Of a DNA stretch of 64,000 nucleotides, positions 27,341 to 40,896 are shown in pieces; the first letter of the stretch is position 1; each line of letters opens with the position of its first letter. The stretch spans positions 98,580,001-98,644,000 of the forward strand of contig OX597814.1 of the NCBI GenBank assembly GCA_951406725.2, given 5' to 3'. The position numbers and the translations under genes were made by a program. Under the pieces are notes generated by a model, which saw only the letters and a program-made list of their open reading frames with translations, was not told the origin of the DNA and ran no database searches. The DNA comes from Octopus vulgaris (Eukaryota).

Positions 27341-30300
27341 ATTATTATTATTATTATTATCACTACTACTACTACTACTACAACTACTACTGCTACTGAT
27401 TTTTCAACAATTTCTCAGTCTTTTTAATTTTGAAGCAATTTGTCCCTTTCTACTGGGGTACTTTGCTGTTATGCTTTTCTGTATATACTGTGGCTTTAGT
27501 GAGTAACTAATGGATTATTCTTATACGAGTAATAATCACCTTTAACGCATATTACAAATATGTCGCTGTAATTAACAGCATCTTTATCATCTATTATCAT
27601 TGACACAATCATCATTCTTATCATCCTCATCAACCTAAGTATGATTACAATTTCGTTCCTGGCTTATGCTTCAAGCACATTATTTTAATAGTCTTTATGT
27701 AACTAGCCTGTGTAACTAAAAAGAAATCTTGGTCGAAAGTTTCTATCTTAACAGACAAATGATATATTTCACAACATTAGAAATGAAACGTTTCATTTGA
27801 AAATGTCAAAATATTTTAGTCACATCTACAAATGTGATTCTTAATTACATAACCTTTATATTCAGTTTCATTTTAAAAGATAAAGAAAAAACATTAAGAA
27901 CGTGTATACTTGAATATTTAAACAAGTTCAGCTTTTAAAAGTGAAATTTACTCATGCTAGCAAGACTAAAATGGAAAGATCTAACATTTCCGAGTAGAGA
28001 TTGTCACTAGTTTCTGCTTTACGTTGTAAATTTGACTTTTCTATTTCGCGTACGTCACTAGTATTCTTGAGAAAAGCACTAACGGCATAAATTTGTTGGT
28101 ACAAGCTTGAAGAAAAATAAATTGCTTCTCCAGAATACCGTCTTCTGATATTGTATGCCCTACTTATATGAAGCTACTTACATGCTTTGTTTGGATAATG
28201 AAGGGGGTAAAAATCATTACTCATAGAATACAAGGATATACTAAATCATCTTCACATAGTCATTTCATTTCTCATCACAAACATTATGCAGCAAACTGGC
28301 TGAAACTGGACATGTTCTGCTTGGTTCCAATAATCCTAAGAGTGTTCTAGAAAAAGCATTGTTATTTTAAATTTAGAAATATACTCATTTCTTTTGACTT
28401 GGATTCCTGGAAATTTTACTGGCAGTACAATTAATTGAATCGATTCAACAAATAATACTTAATTCTATCAAGTGATGTAAGGTGACTTTTCATCGCAGAA
28501 AGCCTAGAGGCAACGCTAAATATTGTAATGTGTTAGTTTACCATTTCACTGCGTTTACAAACTACAATGGCCAATTTGTGCAGGGTATTCTATACATTAT
28601 GTACGTGTTTTGTTTCTGCATATCCTCTCATTTACATTATATATAGTTCTTTGTAATTTTTAACAAAATATACAAAATTCACTAACATGAACTATGCAGT
28701 CGTAGTATGCAGCGCCTCAAAATGATATTTTTTATATGTGTAACTGAAGTAATTCCGAGGCTTTAGAAACTTCTTATATTTGTATCATTCTTTTATTGCC
28801 GTATACAGAATGATCATCTCTCTTTATGTACCTAGTTTTTGTTAGTCACCGTGAAACATTAGTTACTTATCACATAATCATCAGTTATACTTTATTAAGT
28901 TATTCACATCATAATCCAGGTAATGAATAGGTGCATATATCCACGCTCTACAATGTCAGTGGTATGATTACTATTTAGTAGTTTGGACCTGATTAAAGTA
29001 CTAACAGTGCAAAAGATGTTTCCTTTCTTTTTTTATATTCTGTCTGTAATTCTTTCTCGTGATTATTTTCTCATTCTTCTTCTTCTCTACCCCTCCTTTG
29101 TGGAATTGTCAACCTCCTTGAAAAGGAAGAACGATTTCCTTTAAACTAGTTACATTAATATAATGTAATGTTGTGAATTTATGATCGTTATCTTCCCAGT
29201 GTTTTCAGACGTAAAATCCCATTGAGAAATATAAGCTCTTAGTGTTTTCTTTTTGGCTATGAATTTTATAATCAATTTCCTGTTTTTATGTTCATTTTTC
29301 TCGTAAAGTATATTAATTGTACAGCTGTTGTATTAATACCTGTTGATTTTCTTTCTTAACAATTATTCATGCTTTATGATGATTTTAAATTTGTAAATAT
29401 GTTCAAGCAGATTTCAATCACAATATATTGATTGTTGCTAGGGCGGCGATCTGACGGAACCGTTAGCACACCTAGCAAAATGCTTAGCAGCACTTAGCTC
29501 GTCGTTACGTTCTGAGTTCAAATTCTGCCGGGGTTGACTTTGCCTTTCATCCTTTCAGGTTTGATAAAATAAGTATAAAATGATGAATTATTGCAGGATA
29601 TAATGATTGCTATCTTTAGCACACATTTACAATTTTAGAGAAAGGTATAGTCGATTAAATTGATCACAAAGCTTGATTCCAGAAGAATTAATGGTAAAGT
29701 TAATCTCGGCGGGAATTAGGCACAAAATATGGAGAAATATTACTAAATATGACAGTCTGCCCATTGCTTCCTTCATTCGGCTATACACCATCCCAATGCT
29801 AGACATGATTAAAACAGTCCGGAGATTTAATGTATTAGCATTTTTTTCACTTCATTTCCCCCAATAGATTACGTGGGCGTTACTGATGCACATATTTAGT
29901 GTTTCCAGAGTTTTAAAGTTTATTCAATAAGTCGATGTAAGATATTTTGAATTTTTATTGTTCGTGTAGAATCTAACAAAATTTATTGTATTTGTCCAAT
30001 TCAAACAACATAATGTTAACTACGAATATACTAGTAGTTTTATAATAAAAGTTAAAACACGATCAAGTTGCACCGAATATGATGATAGAAATATAGAAGA
30101 TCAATAATAGAAAGTGGATAATTTTCTGGAATATATTAGAATGTTAAACCACAATCTTACGTATTTAATCGAATATGTTAAATATAGAAGCTAAACATCG
30201 GCGCTTTAAAACTTGAGATTTAAGTAAATAGCACATTATATTTTACACGAATTACCGAATTGCGCGAATAAAATAATTTCTTTATAGTTAACTTGTAAGC

Positions 30301-33300
30301 GAACTTGCTTTACCTGTTTTCAGCATTATAATTGACGTATGTATGTATAGATAAAACATTATTTATACGTGCTCAGAAACAGCTTTTCATGAAGATCTTT
30401 TTGTTGATTCATTTGTTTTTCTTTTATTTGCGGTGATAAAAAACTTACTGTAAGAACAAAATAGCATGAATTCTAGACAAAACTTAACAATATTGCACTT
30501 AGTCATTATATATTTCACTTATTTGATATATTATTATGGCCATTTCTAAAGTTGACCACCTATTTACTCAGTTGTTCATATCGTCAGGATATTATTTTTC
30601 ATTACTAATACAAAAACAATTTTTACCGTGCCTTCACAACGTTTTACTTTTTGTTAAACATATTTGTATAACATGAGTAAAATTTACTTTGACAGTTCGT
30701 CTGAGAATAAAAGTACTTTATCGAAATAGCTTTGATAGGCTACAAAGATAACAAATACGTCAGTAATTTTGATTTAGTTCGACGAGCCATCGCAACTCTG
30801 AGTATTCGGAAGTTCTATTTTTGGTCACTTTACTACAATTTCAGTTCCAATAAAAGTAGTAATTGGACACTTTCTAAAAGCGTTATGTTGTATTGTTGAG
30901 TAATTTACAATGAGTTTCTGCTTAAATTTTATCACTGTTCTGTCCAATGAAGCTCAATAAATCTTACGGTTTTATTTCACTTTCTATTATCGGGAACAAT
31001 GAAAGAATCACTTATTAGCTAAGATAATAATGCTGCATAATTACCAATTTCTTTCATAGTAAAAAAATGAAATCCATGATAACATAATCAAGAGCGTTGG
31101 TATATATTGAAAAGTGACTCATACGCACACACATACACATATATAAATGTATACATAGGCATACAAAAGCACAAGTATATAACGTACAAACATACGTACG
31201 TATGTACATGCATACATACATAATACATACACACACATACATACATATATACGTACATACATACGTACATACAAACAACTATATGCATGAGAATACATAC
31301 ATAAAATATACAAATCTGCGCATACATGCATACATACATGCAAAAATACCCTGTTGTTGAAATTTTAATGAAGGAGCCTTGGATCTAGGTTAGAAACCGG
31401 TACGTTCTCTATTGGCAAGAAATCTTGAAATAAACTGAATAATGACATACATACATAATACATACATACATACATACATACATACATACATACATACATA
31501 CATACATGCATGCATGCATGCATGCATGCATGCATGCATACATACATACATACATACATACATACATACATACATACATACATACATACATACATACATA
31601 CATACATACATACATACTGTTCTGCTGATGTGAATATATTTGAAAATCCGAGAAAGAAGATAATTATGGACAACTACTTCGAAACCTCTAGCCTCTATAT
31701 TCGGACTGCTAATTTACATTTATACCAATTATATTTGAAGGACTTGGTTTTGTAAGTAAATGCATGTCAGTTTGAATAAGCTTGACGTTTCAGAAAAAGA
31801 AATCAACCGACTGATTTGTTTATTAGAAATACAATCTGTAAGCAGAACAGTAAAACTATGCATGACTTTTCTCAGGTCTAAAATATGACATTATTTTCGT
31901 TATCTGCATTCTAATTATGGAGCTTTGTATCTTTGTTAGAGACCAGCTTCTTCTTCAAAGGAAGAATTTACATGATTAAAAACAGAAGAGACATACATAA
32001 ATACACTTGTGTCACAGCTCTAGACACTTATATAGCGTATGTGTTTTGTTTATACACCCTTTAGCTACGGGACAGCGTACTGGGAAATATCACTTCACGA
32101 CATCGAGTGATAAAGAACACTGAATATCTCTGAGCAGGCGAGACAACTCGCCCTGAAGGTGAACAAGAACGGCAGATGTCGTTATTTCGCTATGGTTTTA
32201 GCTCTTCAGCGTCGTATACTCAGCTCACCGAGAAACGGACTGTATCGTTGGTTGGGGGCATATATGCAAATAGTGTAAAGACTATTTTTTAAAAGGCGAC
32301 ATATGCAGCAACTACAACTGAGTTCTTTCTTCCGTCGTGAAAAAAAAATATTTCCAACAATCATACAATCGCCTGTAATTATTTACTTCTCTGCAACAAC
32401 ATTAAGTTAATAGGACAGACCAAAGTTTCTGATAATACATTACATTGCTAAACATACAAGGTCAACAGAAGTTAAATATTTTTGTTGCTTTAAGCTCCTC
32501 ACAAATGATGAAATGATTATGTACCTCTCTTTTTTCTTGTCTCCATATCATTATGTATTCATACACATATAAGTATATGTATATATATATATATTTGTAT
32601 ATGTGTGTGTGCGCATACATACATATAATATATATATATACATACATTAATATATATATATATATAAACATATATATGTATGTGCGAATGTGTGCATGAA
32701 TATATATATATATACATACACACACACACACACACACTCATTCACACACACAAACACATATCTTCACTGATTATTATCTTTTACGTTTTTCAATAAAACA
32801 TTCTTGTATTGCAAAATCTGATCTCCCACACATAACACAAACATTTCTTTCTTATATTTCTTTTCATTTGTTTCCCTCCACACATTTTCTCCTTTCAAAA
32901 TAAGTCCTGCTTATCCATTTTGATTGCATATACTTATTCACATTTTCTGCTTTCAAAATAAGTCCTGCCTATCCATTCTGATTGCATGTACTTCAGGAAG
33001 CTAAAATAAATATTATGGTTGAACTAAATTTACTTTAAACATCATACACGATATTTTTTTATTATGATTGTCCACTTTTGTGTCGGCAAAATTAAAAAAA
33101 GGTAAAACAGACTTCCTGATTCTGTTTGTGTATGGAGCAGTCTCTGAGTAAGCATATGTATAAATGTTAGCATTTTGTTCGTAAATATCATCAAGTCACT
33201 AGCTGCATGTTATCATATTATTCATGTTTTTTTTTTTAAACTATACAATGGACAAGCATGTATGTATATATGTATGTATGTATGCATGCATGCATGTATG

Positions 33301-33681
33301 TATGCATGCATGTATATATGCATGAGTGCATTATGTATGTATGCATGTATGTATGTATGCTTGCATGCATGTATGTATGTATGCATCCATGTATGTATGG
33401 ATGTGTGTATACATGAATGTATGTATATATGTATAAACATATGTATGTGCGCATGCATTTATGTACATATAATACGCCACACTTAGTTGGTAATTATACG
33501 TATGTATGTATGTATGTATGTATGTATGTATGTATATATGTATGTGATAAGAAGTATGCTTCCCAGCCACACGATTCCGATTTCAGTCCTACTGCGTGGC
33601 ATCTTGGGCAAGTGTCTTCTACTATTCATACATATGTGTGTGTGTGTCCTCAAAATAAGGAAATTAAGTAGATAAAATCCA

Positions 33682-33842
33682 GGCTACATATGTTTCACAA
33701 CAAGCAGAACCTGGGAAGTAGTAATGATCCAAACGAGGGGTAATCCTCTTGAGGGACGGCCCGGCGAGTAGCTAGCGGATTGCCCCTCGTTTGGATTAAT
33801 AACTACATCTGCAGTTCTACAAGTTATGAAACATATGTAGCC
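33682..33842. repeat. 161-bp palindromic element (MITE-like hairpin)
   Basis: ggctacatatgtttca / tgaaacatatgtagcc termini; inner atccaaacgaggggtaatcc / ggattgcccctcgtttggat. Confidence 0.7.
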
Positions 33843-34058
33843 CTTTCTAACTATGTGACTTATGATTAATATTCAATGCTTATATATAATTATATTAAAG
33901 GGTGCGGATGAACCCCATCAACCTGTGCTAACGGAGTGCAGATGTGCTTTTTAGAGCCATTTGGCGTCTATTTCTAGCTTGATCGAGGGGTTTATCACCA
34001 CCATTTAACATATTTATATTATATTATTATAAATTAGTATATATATATATGTGTGTGC

Positions 34059-34103
<45 letters not shown>

Positions 34104-34234
34104 GAATTAGAGATAAAACCACTGAGTTGCATAATAGTGGTTTTATCTCTAATTCATATTTTATATATTTATACTGTGAAATTTGATTTAATACTAAATT
34201 GAATTTTTCCCTGTAAGTTTGGAGTCATACTCCC

Positions 34235-34352
<118 letters not shown>

Positions 34353-34414
34353 AGTAGTTATGTATATATGTATATATATATAAGTAGTTATGTATATATG
34401 TATATATTCATATG

Positions 34415-34448
34415 TAGTAGTAAGTAGCTGTTGGAACAGAAAGACGTG
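34415..34448 (+). promoter_or_regulatory. Candidate internal Inr/DPE-type promoter of the LINE
   Basis: tagt followed by AGACGTG at 34442-34448, resembling the downstream element of jockey/I-type LINE promoters; spacing one base off canonical. Confidence 0.35.
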
Positions 34449-35647
34449 TAAGTGGCTGTTGGAACAGAATACATATGAACCCAACTTTACAATTTTCAAC
34501 TGAAAACTCAACTGAAAATTCTTCCTTCTCAAAAACGACAAAGCCTTAATTCCAGTGAAAGCTACGTTTTTGTATCGTGAACACGTATTATGAAAGATAT
34601 AATACTGTAACGATCATAATAATTATTCGTAAGTACACAATATTCCTATTAACAAACACACAATAGTTTACATTATCTCAGAACTATAACATATACCAGT
34701 ACTACTGTCTCCTACTGTTCAATACACCACAGAAGTTGATATTTTGAATATTTCTATCCTTAGTTGCCATTACCTATATTTATTACCTATATTTACTGTT
34801 ATTATCTATATTTCTTGTTGCACAAACAACTTGGTTAAGTGACCAACAACGAATCGAAGACACTGAAAAACAATAGGTAGCTCACAACAACAGTAACAAA
34901 AAAACACATCTCTAAATATCGCAACTGGTCGTACATTGAAGTGGAAACTTTCATTAACTCATGGTTCATTCTCTTTCAAACCGATAACATACATGCCTCA
35001 AACTTCAATTTCATTGCTAAAAGAGTTGGCCATCTCTTTAATAACCCTGCTTCATATCTCACTGTGAGAAACCTGTAATCACGTGGATAAACTAGCCCGA
35101 AATTTTTTACTCACCACAGCCCATTTAATGTTATTATCTATATTTTTTTGTTGCACAAACAACTTGGTTAAGTGATCAACAACGAATCGAAGACACTGAA
35201 AAACAATAAATAGTTCACAACAACAGCAACAGTAACAAATAAAAACACATCTTTAAATATTGCAACTGGTCATATATTGAAGTGGATACAACTACAACAT
35301 TCACATCAGCAGCTAAAAGAACTAATAGACCCGTCATTATCATCATCATCATTGTTTCCATCTTCTACTGCTACTTCCCCTTCTTCATCTTCTCTCCCCC
35401 TCCTCCTGCTACTACTCCTAGTGGCCAAAGCCAAACATTCCATTCTACCTCGCCAGTGACCCATCCCAACCACTCTTACTTTCTCCATATCCCACCACCA
35501 TAGCTCCACTAACAACTCAAGTACCATTGCTACTACTACTACTATCTCAGCCAGTGTACAAAATCAACCACTGCTCCTTCCCCCTCTCCATTCAAGTCAA
35601 ACAATTCTAAATCTCAAGCTATTCACAATCCACCGCCCACATAAACG

Positions 35648-37057
35648 ATGACGGGTAACGGAAATCCACGGACTGTCAGCTCAGAGAGCAACACTTGCCT
35701 GGCCACAGACATCATATTGAAAATCATCTCATCAACACAAAATCAAGATATAAAAAGTGTCTTGTCGAAATATGATATCAAACAGGAAAGTGGAGCAATA
35801 TACAAAAATATTTTCACCAACTGTAAGTTTACGATGTTAAAGAAAGCAGCAGCTTTCTTGAATGATGGTGTCCAAGTTGAGCTCACAAAACCAAACCTCA
35901 CCAACTGGATTATAGCAAGGATTGAAAACTTCCTCCCGGAGACTTGCAAAATGTGTGACAAACAGTACTGCATTACATTTGGCCAAAAACCAGCTTTGGC
36001 ATGCTTCATCTGTGGACAAGGAATACACGAAGCGTGCTACTTAAAAAAGATAAATAACCACATCATTCCAGATATTCTAGGCCTACACTGGCTATGCAGT
36101 TATTGTTCACCAAGGGCCACAATAACGAATGAACCTAGGACCCTACCACAGACAGGCCGTTCTAAACAGACATTGATTGGCGAAACTGACATGGCAAATA
36201 AATCCTGCCACACACAGGCCATCCAAGTGCCTCTTGTAAATGACAAGAATGAAGACAATGACATGCAAACACCTACAAAACAAGAAACAGGAGATCCTGC
36301 AGAAAAAGACCAAACTTCCCACGAAAAGAAACAGATCCAGAGCAAACGCTCAAATGAAGGAAGGCCAGTATGTATCCATTACAGGCGCAACAAGTGCAAA
36401 CATGGTCTTTCAGGTACAGGGTGCATGTACAGTCACCCCAAACCATGCAGACCATATATCAACTTCGGTACTGATCGAAAAAAAGGATGCCAAAATGGCC
36501 GAGAATGTGAACTCCTTCACCCAAAGATGTGCCGCAATTCGCTGAGAAAAAAAGAATGTTTTGGTAAGAATTGCAAATTTATGCACCGGAAGGGTACAAT
36601 TCGCATAAAAACTACTGAACCCACACCACCAGGACCAAGCTCAGCAGGGTATGAAAACCATTTCCCAAAAATGCGGAAACCAGGTCATGGCTCAGCAGGG
36701 TATGAAAACCATTTCCCAAAAATGCGGAACCCAGGTCATGGCTCAACAGTGAATGAAAATCATGCTACTCAATTGCATACATCAGCTGTAACAAACCCAA
36801 ACTCGCAGAAATTCGATATAGTAATGAATGAAAGCAGTTTTTTAGGCATAATCTACCAACTACAACAACAGCTGTACTCCATACAGACGACTCAGCAAAA
36901 CCAGGCAACATTGATACAAAGGCTGACACCTGGACTTACAGGGCACGTACAACAAATACAGACAGCCCAGCAGACCGAATATCCAGTCAGCACAGTCCCA
37001 GCAACTACAACAGTCTTGCCAACAATAGGGCAGATGTATCCGGTACAACAAGCATAA
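35648..37057 (+). CDS. LINE ORF1p with PHD-like finger and tandem CCCH-type fingers
   Basis: CKMC..CFIC..HEAC..WLCSYC; CIHYRRNKCKHG..CMYSH, CRPY..C..CELLH, CRNS..C..CKFMH; intact 469 aa. Confidence 0.85.
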   Translation: MTGNGNPRTVSSESNTCLATDIILKIISSTQNQDIKSVLSKYDIKQESGAIYKNIFTNCKFTMLKKAAAFLNDGVQVELTKPNLTNWIIARIENFLPETCKMCDKQYCITFGQKPALACFICGQGIHEACYLKKINNHIIPDILGLHWLCSYCSPRATITNEPRTLPQTGRSKQTLIGETDMANKSCHTQAIQVPLVNDKNEDNDMQTPTKQETGDPAEKDQTSHEKKQIQSKRSNEGRPVCIHYRRNKCKHGLSGTGCMYSHPKPCRPYINFGTDRKKGCQNGRECELLHPKMCRNSLRKKECFGKNCKFMHRKGTIRIKTTEPTPPGPSSAGYENHFPKMRKPGHGSAGYENHFPKMRNPGHGSTVNENHATQLHTSAVTNPNSQKFDIVMNESSFLGIIYQLQQQLYSIQTTQQNQATLIQRLTPGLTGHVQQIQTAQQTEYPVSTVPATTTVLPTIGQMYPVQQA

Positions 37058-40033
37058 TAACAGCAAATATCCAGGGTCTTTATCCGAAAACAAAACAGTG
37101 TAAAGTCCCTTTCTTGGAAGAATTAGCAACAGAAAACAACTCCAAAATAATTGGAATTACTGAAAATCATCTCAACGAAAACATCCGCAACAGCGAAATC
37201 ACAATCAATAGATTCAACATCTTCAGATGTGATAGACAAGGCAGATCCCATGGGGGCGTTATCATGTATATCCATGATACCTATGCATGCATAGAACTTG
37301 TCAATGAATCAAATGCCTACTGCAACCTACTGTGCATAAAAATCATCCAACTTAATACAGTTGTAACAATAATGTACAGACCGCCAAACAGCCCAACATT
37401 ATCCTTGACTGAGCCACTGACGAAGCTCCAACAAATTCTGGGAAACATGGCAAGTCCAATGCCTGACATTATCCTCCTTGGTGACTTCAACTTCCCTAAC
37501 ATCATCTGGCCACATGGACACATACTAAAACTGGGGACAAAAGCTGAACAAATACAGGCAGCCAAACTGTTGGAAGTCACAGAGAAATTATACCTCAAAC
37601 AAATGATGACAGAAGCAACAAGAAATAATAATACGATCGACTTGGTTTTCACCAACAACGAGGACACGCTATTTGACCTTCACTCAACCCCAACAATCCT
37701 TTCAGACCACAATATTATTGAAATGCATTTACACATTGGTAATGAGCCCAATGCCACAACTCTTAAACAAAAGGACATGCCAAAGCTATGCAGGTATGAT
37801 TATCACCAGGCAAATTGGGAAACTATTAACAACCAGTTACAAATCATTGACTGGGATCTCTACCTTACTGGGCCAGATAAACACAAGAAATTCTTAAACA
37901 AGATCGAAGAAATATGTGAAAAAAATGTTCCTCTAAAGAAAACCAAGTCCACAAAAAAACCTGTACCACGGGAGCGAAAGATCCTGATGCGCAAAAGGTC
38001 AAGACTAAGAAACAAAACATCTAAGCTGACATCAAAACATGAATTACAGAAAGTCCTTGACCAAATATACAGATTAGAAGACAATCTAAAACAACACTAT
38101 GATGAAGAACGTAACAATGCACAAAAGAAAGCCATAGAAAACATCAAGAAAAATCCAAAATGTTTCTACAGTTTTGCAAAGAAATACTCGAACACCAAGT
38201 CAACAATAGGACCTCTCCAGAGACAAAATGGGGATGTAGTGAATAACCCTATTGAAATGGCAGAAATGTTGGGTCAACAGTATGAAAGTGTCTTCAGTGA
38301 GCCATCTAAAACCATGAAGATCCATGACCCAGGAAAATTCTTCAAGGATATCGACCATACTAAACCTACCCTATCCGACATTGATTTCAACCCAGAAGAC
38401 ATAGCAAGAGCAATAGACAAGCTCTCCATGCACTCGGCTGCGGGGCCTGACGGTTTCAATGCCATGATACTTAAAAACTGCAAGGCACAATTGTCGAAAC
38501 CCCTTTACATGATATGGAGGGAATCTATGGAGAATGGCAAAATACCAAATACATATAAAGAAGCACACATAACTCCAATACATAAAGGGGATAGCAAATC
38601 AAAACCAAAGAACTACCGACCAATCTCACTGACATCACACATTATCAAGGTCTTCGAAAGAATAGTTCGTGGAAAACTGGTTGAGTTCCTGGAATCCAAC
38701 AATCTGATGAATTGCAACCAGCATGGATTCAGGTTAGGTAGATCATGCCTTTCCCAACTACTGGCACACCATGACCAAATCCTAGAAAATCTAGAGAATG
38801 GATACAACACAGATGTTATCTACCTCGACTTTGCCAAGGCATTTGACAATGTAGATCATGGCATCCTGGGTCACAAACTTCGAAAGCTAGGAGTAGGAGG
38901 AAAAGTTGGTACATGGATACACGAGTTCCTTACAAATAGAACTCAAACAGTCACTGTGAATGGAACCCATTCAACACCATCACCTGTGACCAGCAGTGTT
39001 CCTCAGGGTACAGTACTCGGCCCAATCCTGTTTCTCATCCTCATCTCTGACATAGATGAAGATACAACCAGCAACGTCTCATCCTTTGCTGATGACACCA
39101 GGGTCATGAGACAAATCAAAGACGAGGTGGATACAGAGGCCTTACAAAAGGACCTGACCACCATATATAAATGGCAGGAAACAAACAACATGTTGTTCAA
39201 TGATAAGAAGTTTGAACTAATTCGCTACGGAACAGATCAAGATCTGAAAAATACAACAAACTACAGAAACCCATCAGGACAACAAATAATGGAAAAACAG
39301 TATGTGAAAGATTTAGGCATCCACATGGGAACCAACCTAAAATTCAGAGAACACCTTGACTCAGTCTGTCTTACTGCAAGAAAGTACAGCGGGTGGATCT
39401 TGCGCACCTTCAAATCAAGAGATACCTCAACAATGAAAACCCTCTGGAACAGTATGATACTTCCGAGGATTGACTACTGTTCTCAGTTGTGGTCACCAAC
39501 AACAAAGGGCCAACTATCTAAGATAGAATCGCTCCAAAGAAATTTTACCTCATACTTCTCAGAAACGAGGGACCTGGACTATTGGCAAAGACTCAAAACC
39601 TTGAGGATGTACTCAATAGAAAGAAGATTTGAGCGTTACCGAATTATATACATTTGGAAAATGATAGAGCAGAAGGTGCCAAACTTTGGTATCAAAACCT
39701 ACCACTCACTGCGCCACGGAAGACGCTGCCAGCTGCCACCAATCAACAAAAAGGCTGGCCAGGCAGCAAAAACCCTGCGAGAATCAAGTCTGTTGGTTCG
39801 AGGAGCACAACTGTTCAACTCCATTCCGGTACATGTCAGGATGCAGTGTGGAATCATTCAAATTGCAACTGGATAGATACTTAAGCACCATTAGAGATGA
39901 ACCCCATCTCCCAGGATATACACAACGAGCACAAACTGACTCAAACTCGCTCCTACACATGTCAAATTTAAGCAGAGAATACAACCTGGCAACCACACCA
40001 GACTCTGAGGGTGGAGTCTTCGACTTGGCCTGA
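36832..40033 (+). CDS. LINE ORF2p (AP endonuclease + reverse transcriptase) with one late frameshift near 39835
   Basis: ANIQGL, GITENHL, YRPP, GDFN, IDLVF, SDH; YRPISLTS, QHGFR, LDFAKAFD, VPQGTVLGP, FADD; C-terminus continues MSGCSVESFKLQLDRYL in another frame. Confidence 0.9.
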
Positions 40034-40611
40034 GCATGGACTCAAACCCAAATGAAATGAAATGAAATGAAATGAAATGCACATATGTATATATATGTGT
40101 GTGTGTGGTGGGTGTATAAAGTATATGCCTGCATGACTGTATGTGTGTGATGTATATCCATTTAAGTGTATTCGAATTGTGACCGTAATGCAAATGGGCA
40201 CGGCAAATTGCGGGTTACCTGCTTTTTCCTTGCAGAAATTTCACTTTGTTTTGTTAATGTACTTAGCAAATATTTTCTGCCCTAAATATAAGATGTAACA
40301 CCATTGTCAAAATCATTGATTTGTCTTTTCAGTCGTTAAAAAATCAATCAATTTTAAAACTAACTTTTATCCTTTGTTATTGACTTTTTGATGTTTTATG
40401 ATCAATACCACGTGGTGTGTTTATGTTCAGTACCACGTAAGTCATTATATATACATACATACATACGTACATACATACATACATACATTCATACATACAT
40501 ACATACATACATACATACATACATACATACATACATACATACACACATACATACATACATACATACATACATACATACATACATACATACATGCATACAT
40601 ACATACATACA

Positions 40612-40679
<68 letters not shown>

Positions 40680-40804
40680 ACAGCTGTGTTGTATCGATCA
40701 CGAAACTTTGCAATAGATCCTTGAGTATTCAAATTCAAAAATTGTTTTATCCTATCACTACTAAATTTTGAATATAGGTTGTAAAATTGTTAACTAGCCA
40801 CCCA

Positions 40805-40896
<92 letters not shown>

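Larger units (their letters stand above)
34415..40079 (+). mobile_element. Near full-length CR1-group LINE; 5' boundary inferred
   Basis: Two long ORFs, short 3' UTR, (aaatg)6 tail 40050-40079; candidate 5' end at tagt with agacgtg about 27 nt downstream. Confidence 0.8.

Noticed and set aside
32881-32993. 58-bp two-copy tandem duplication
   Set aside because: Ordinary slippage duplication with no further structure
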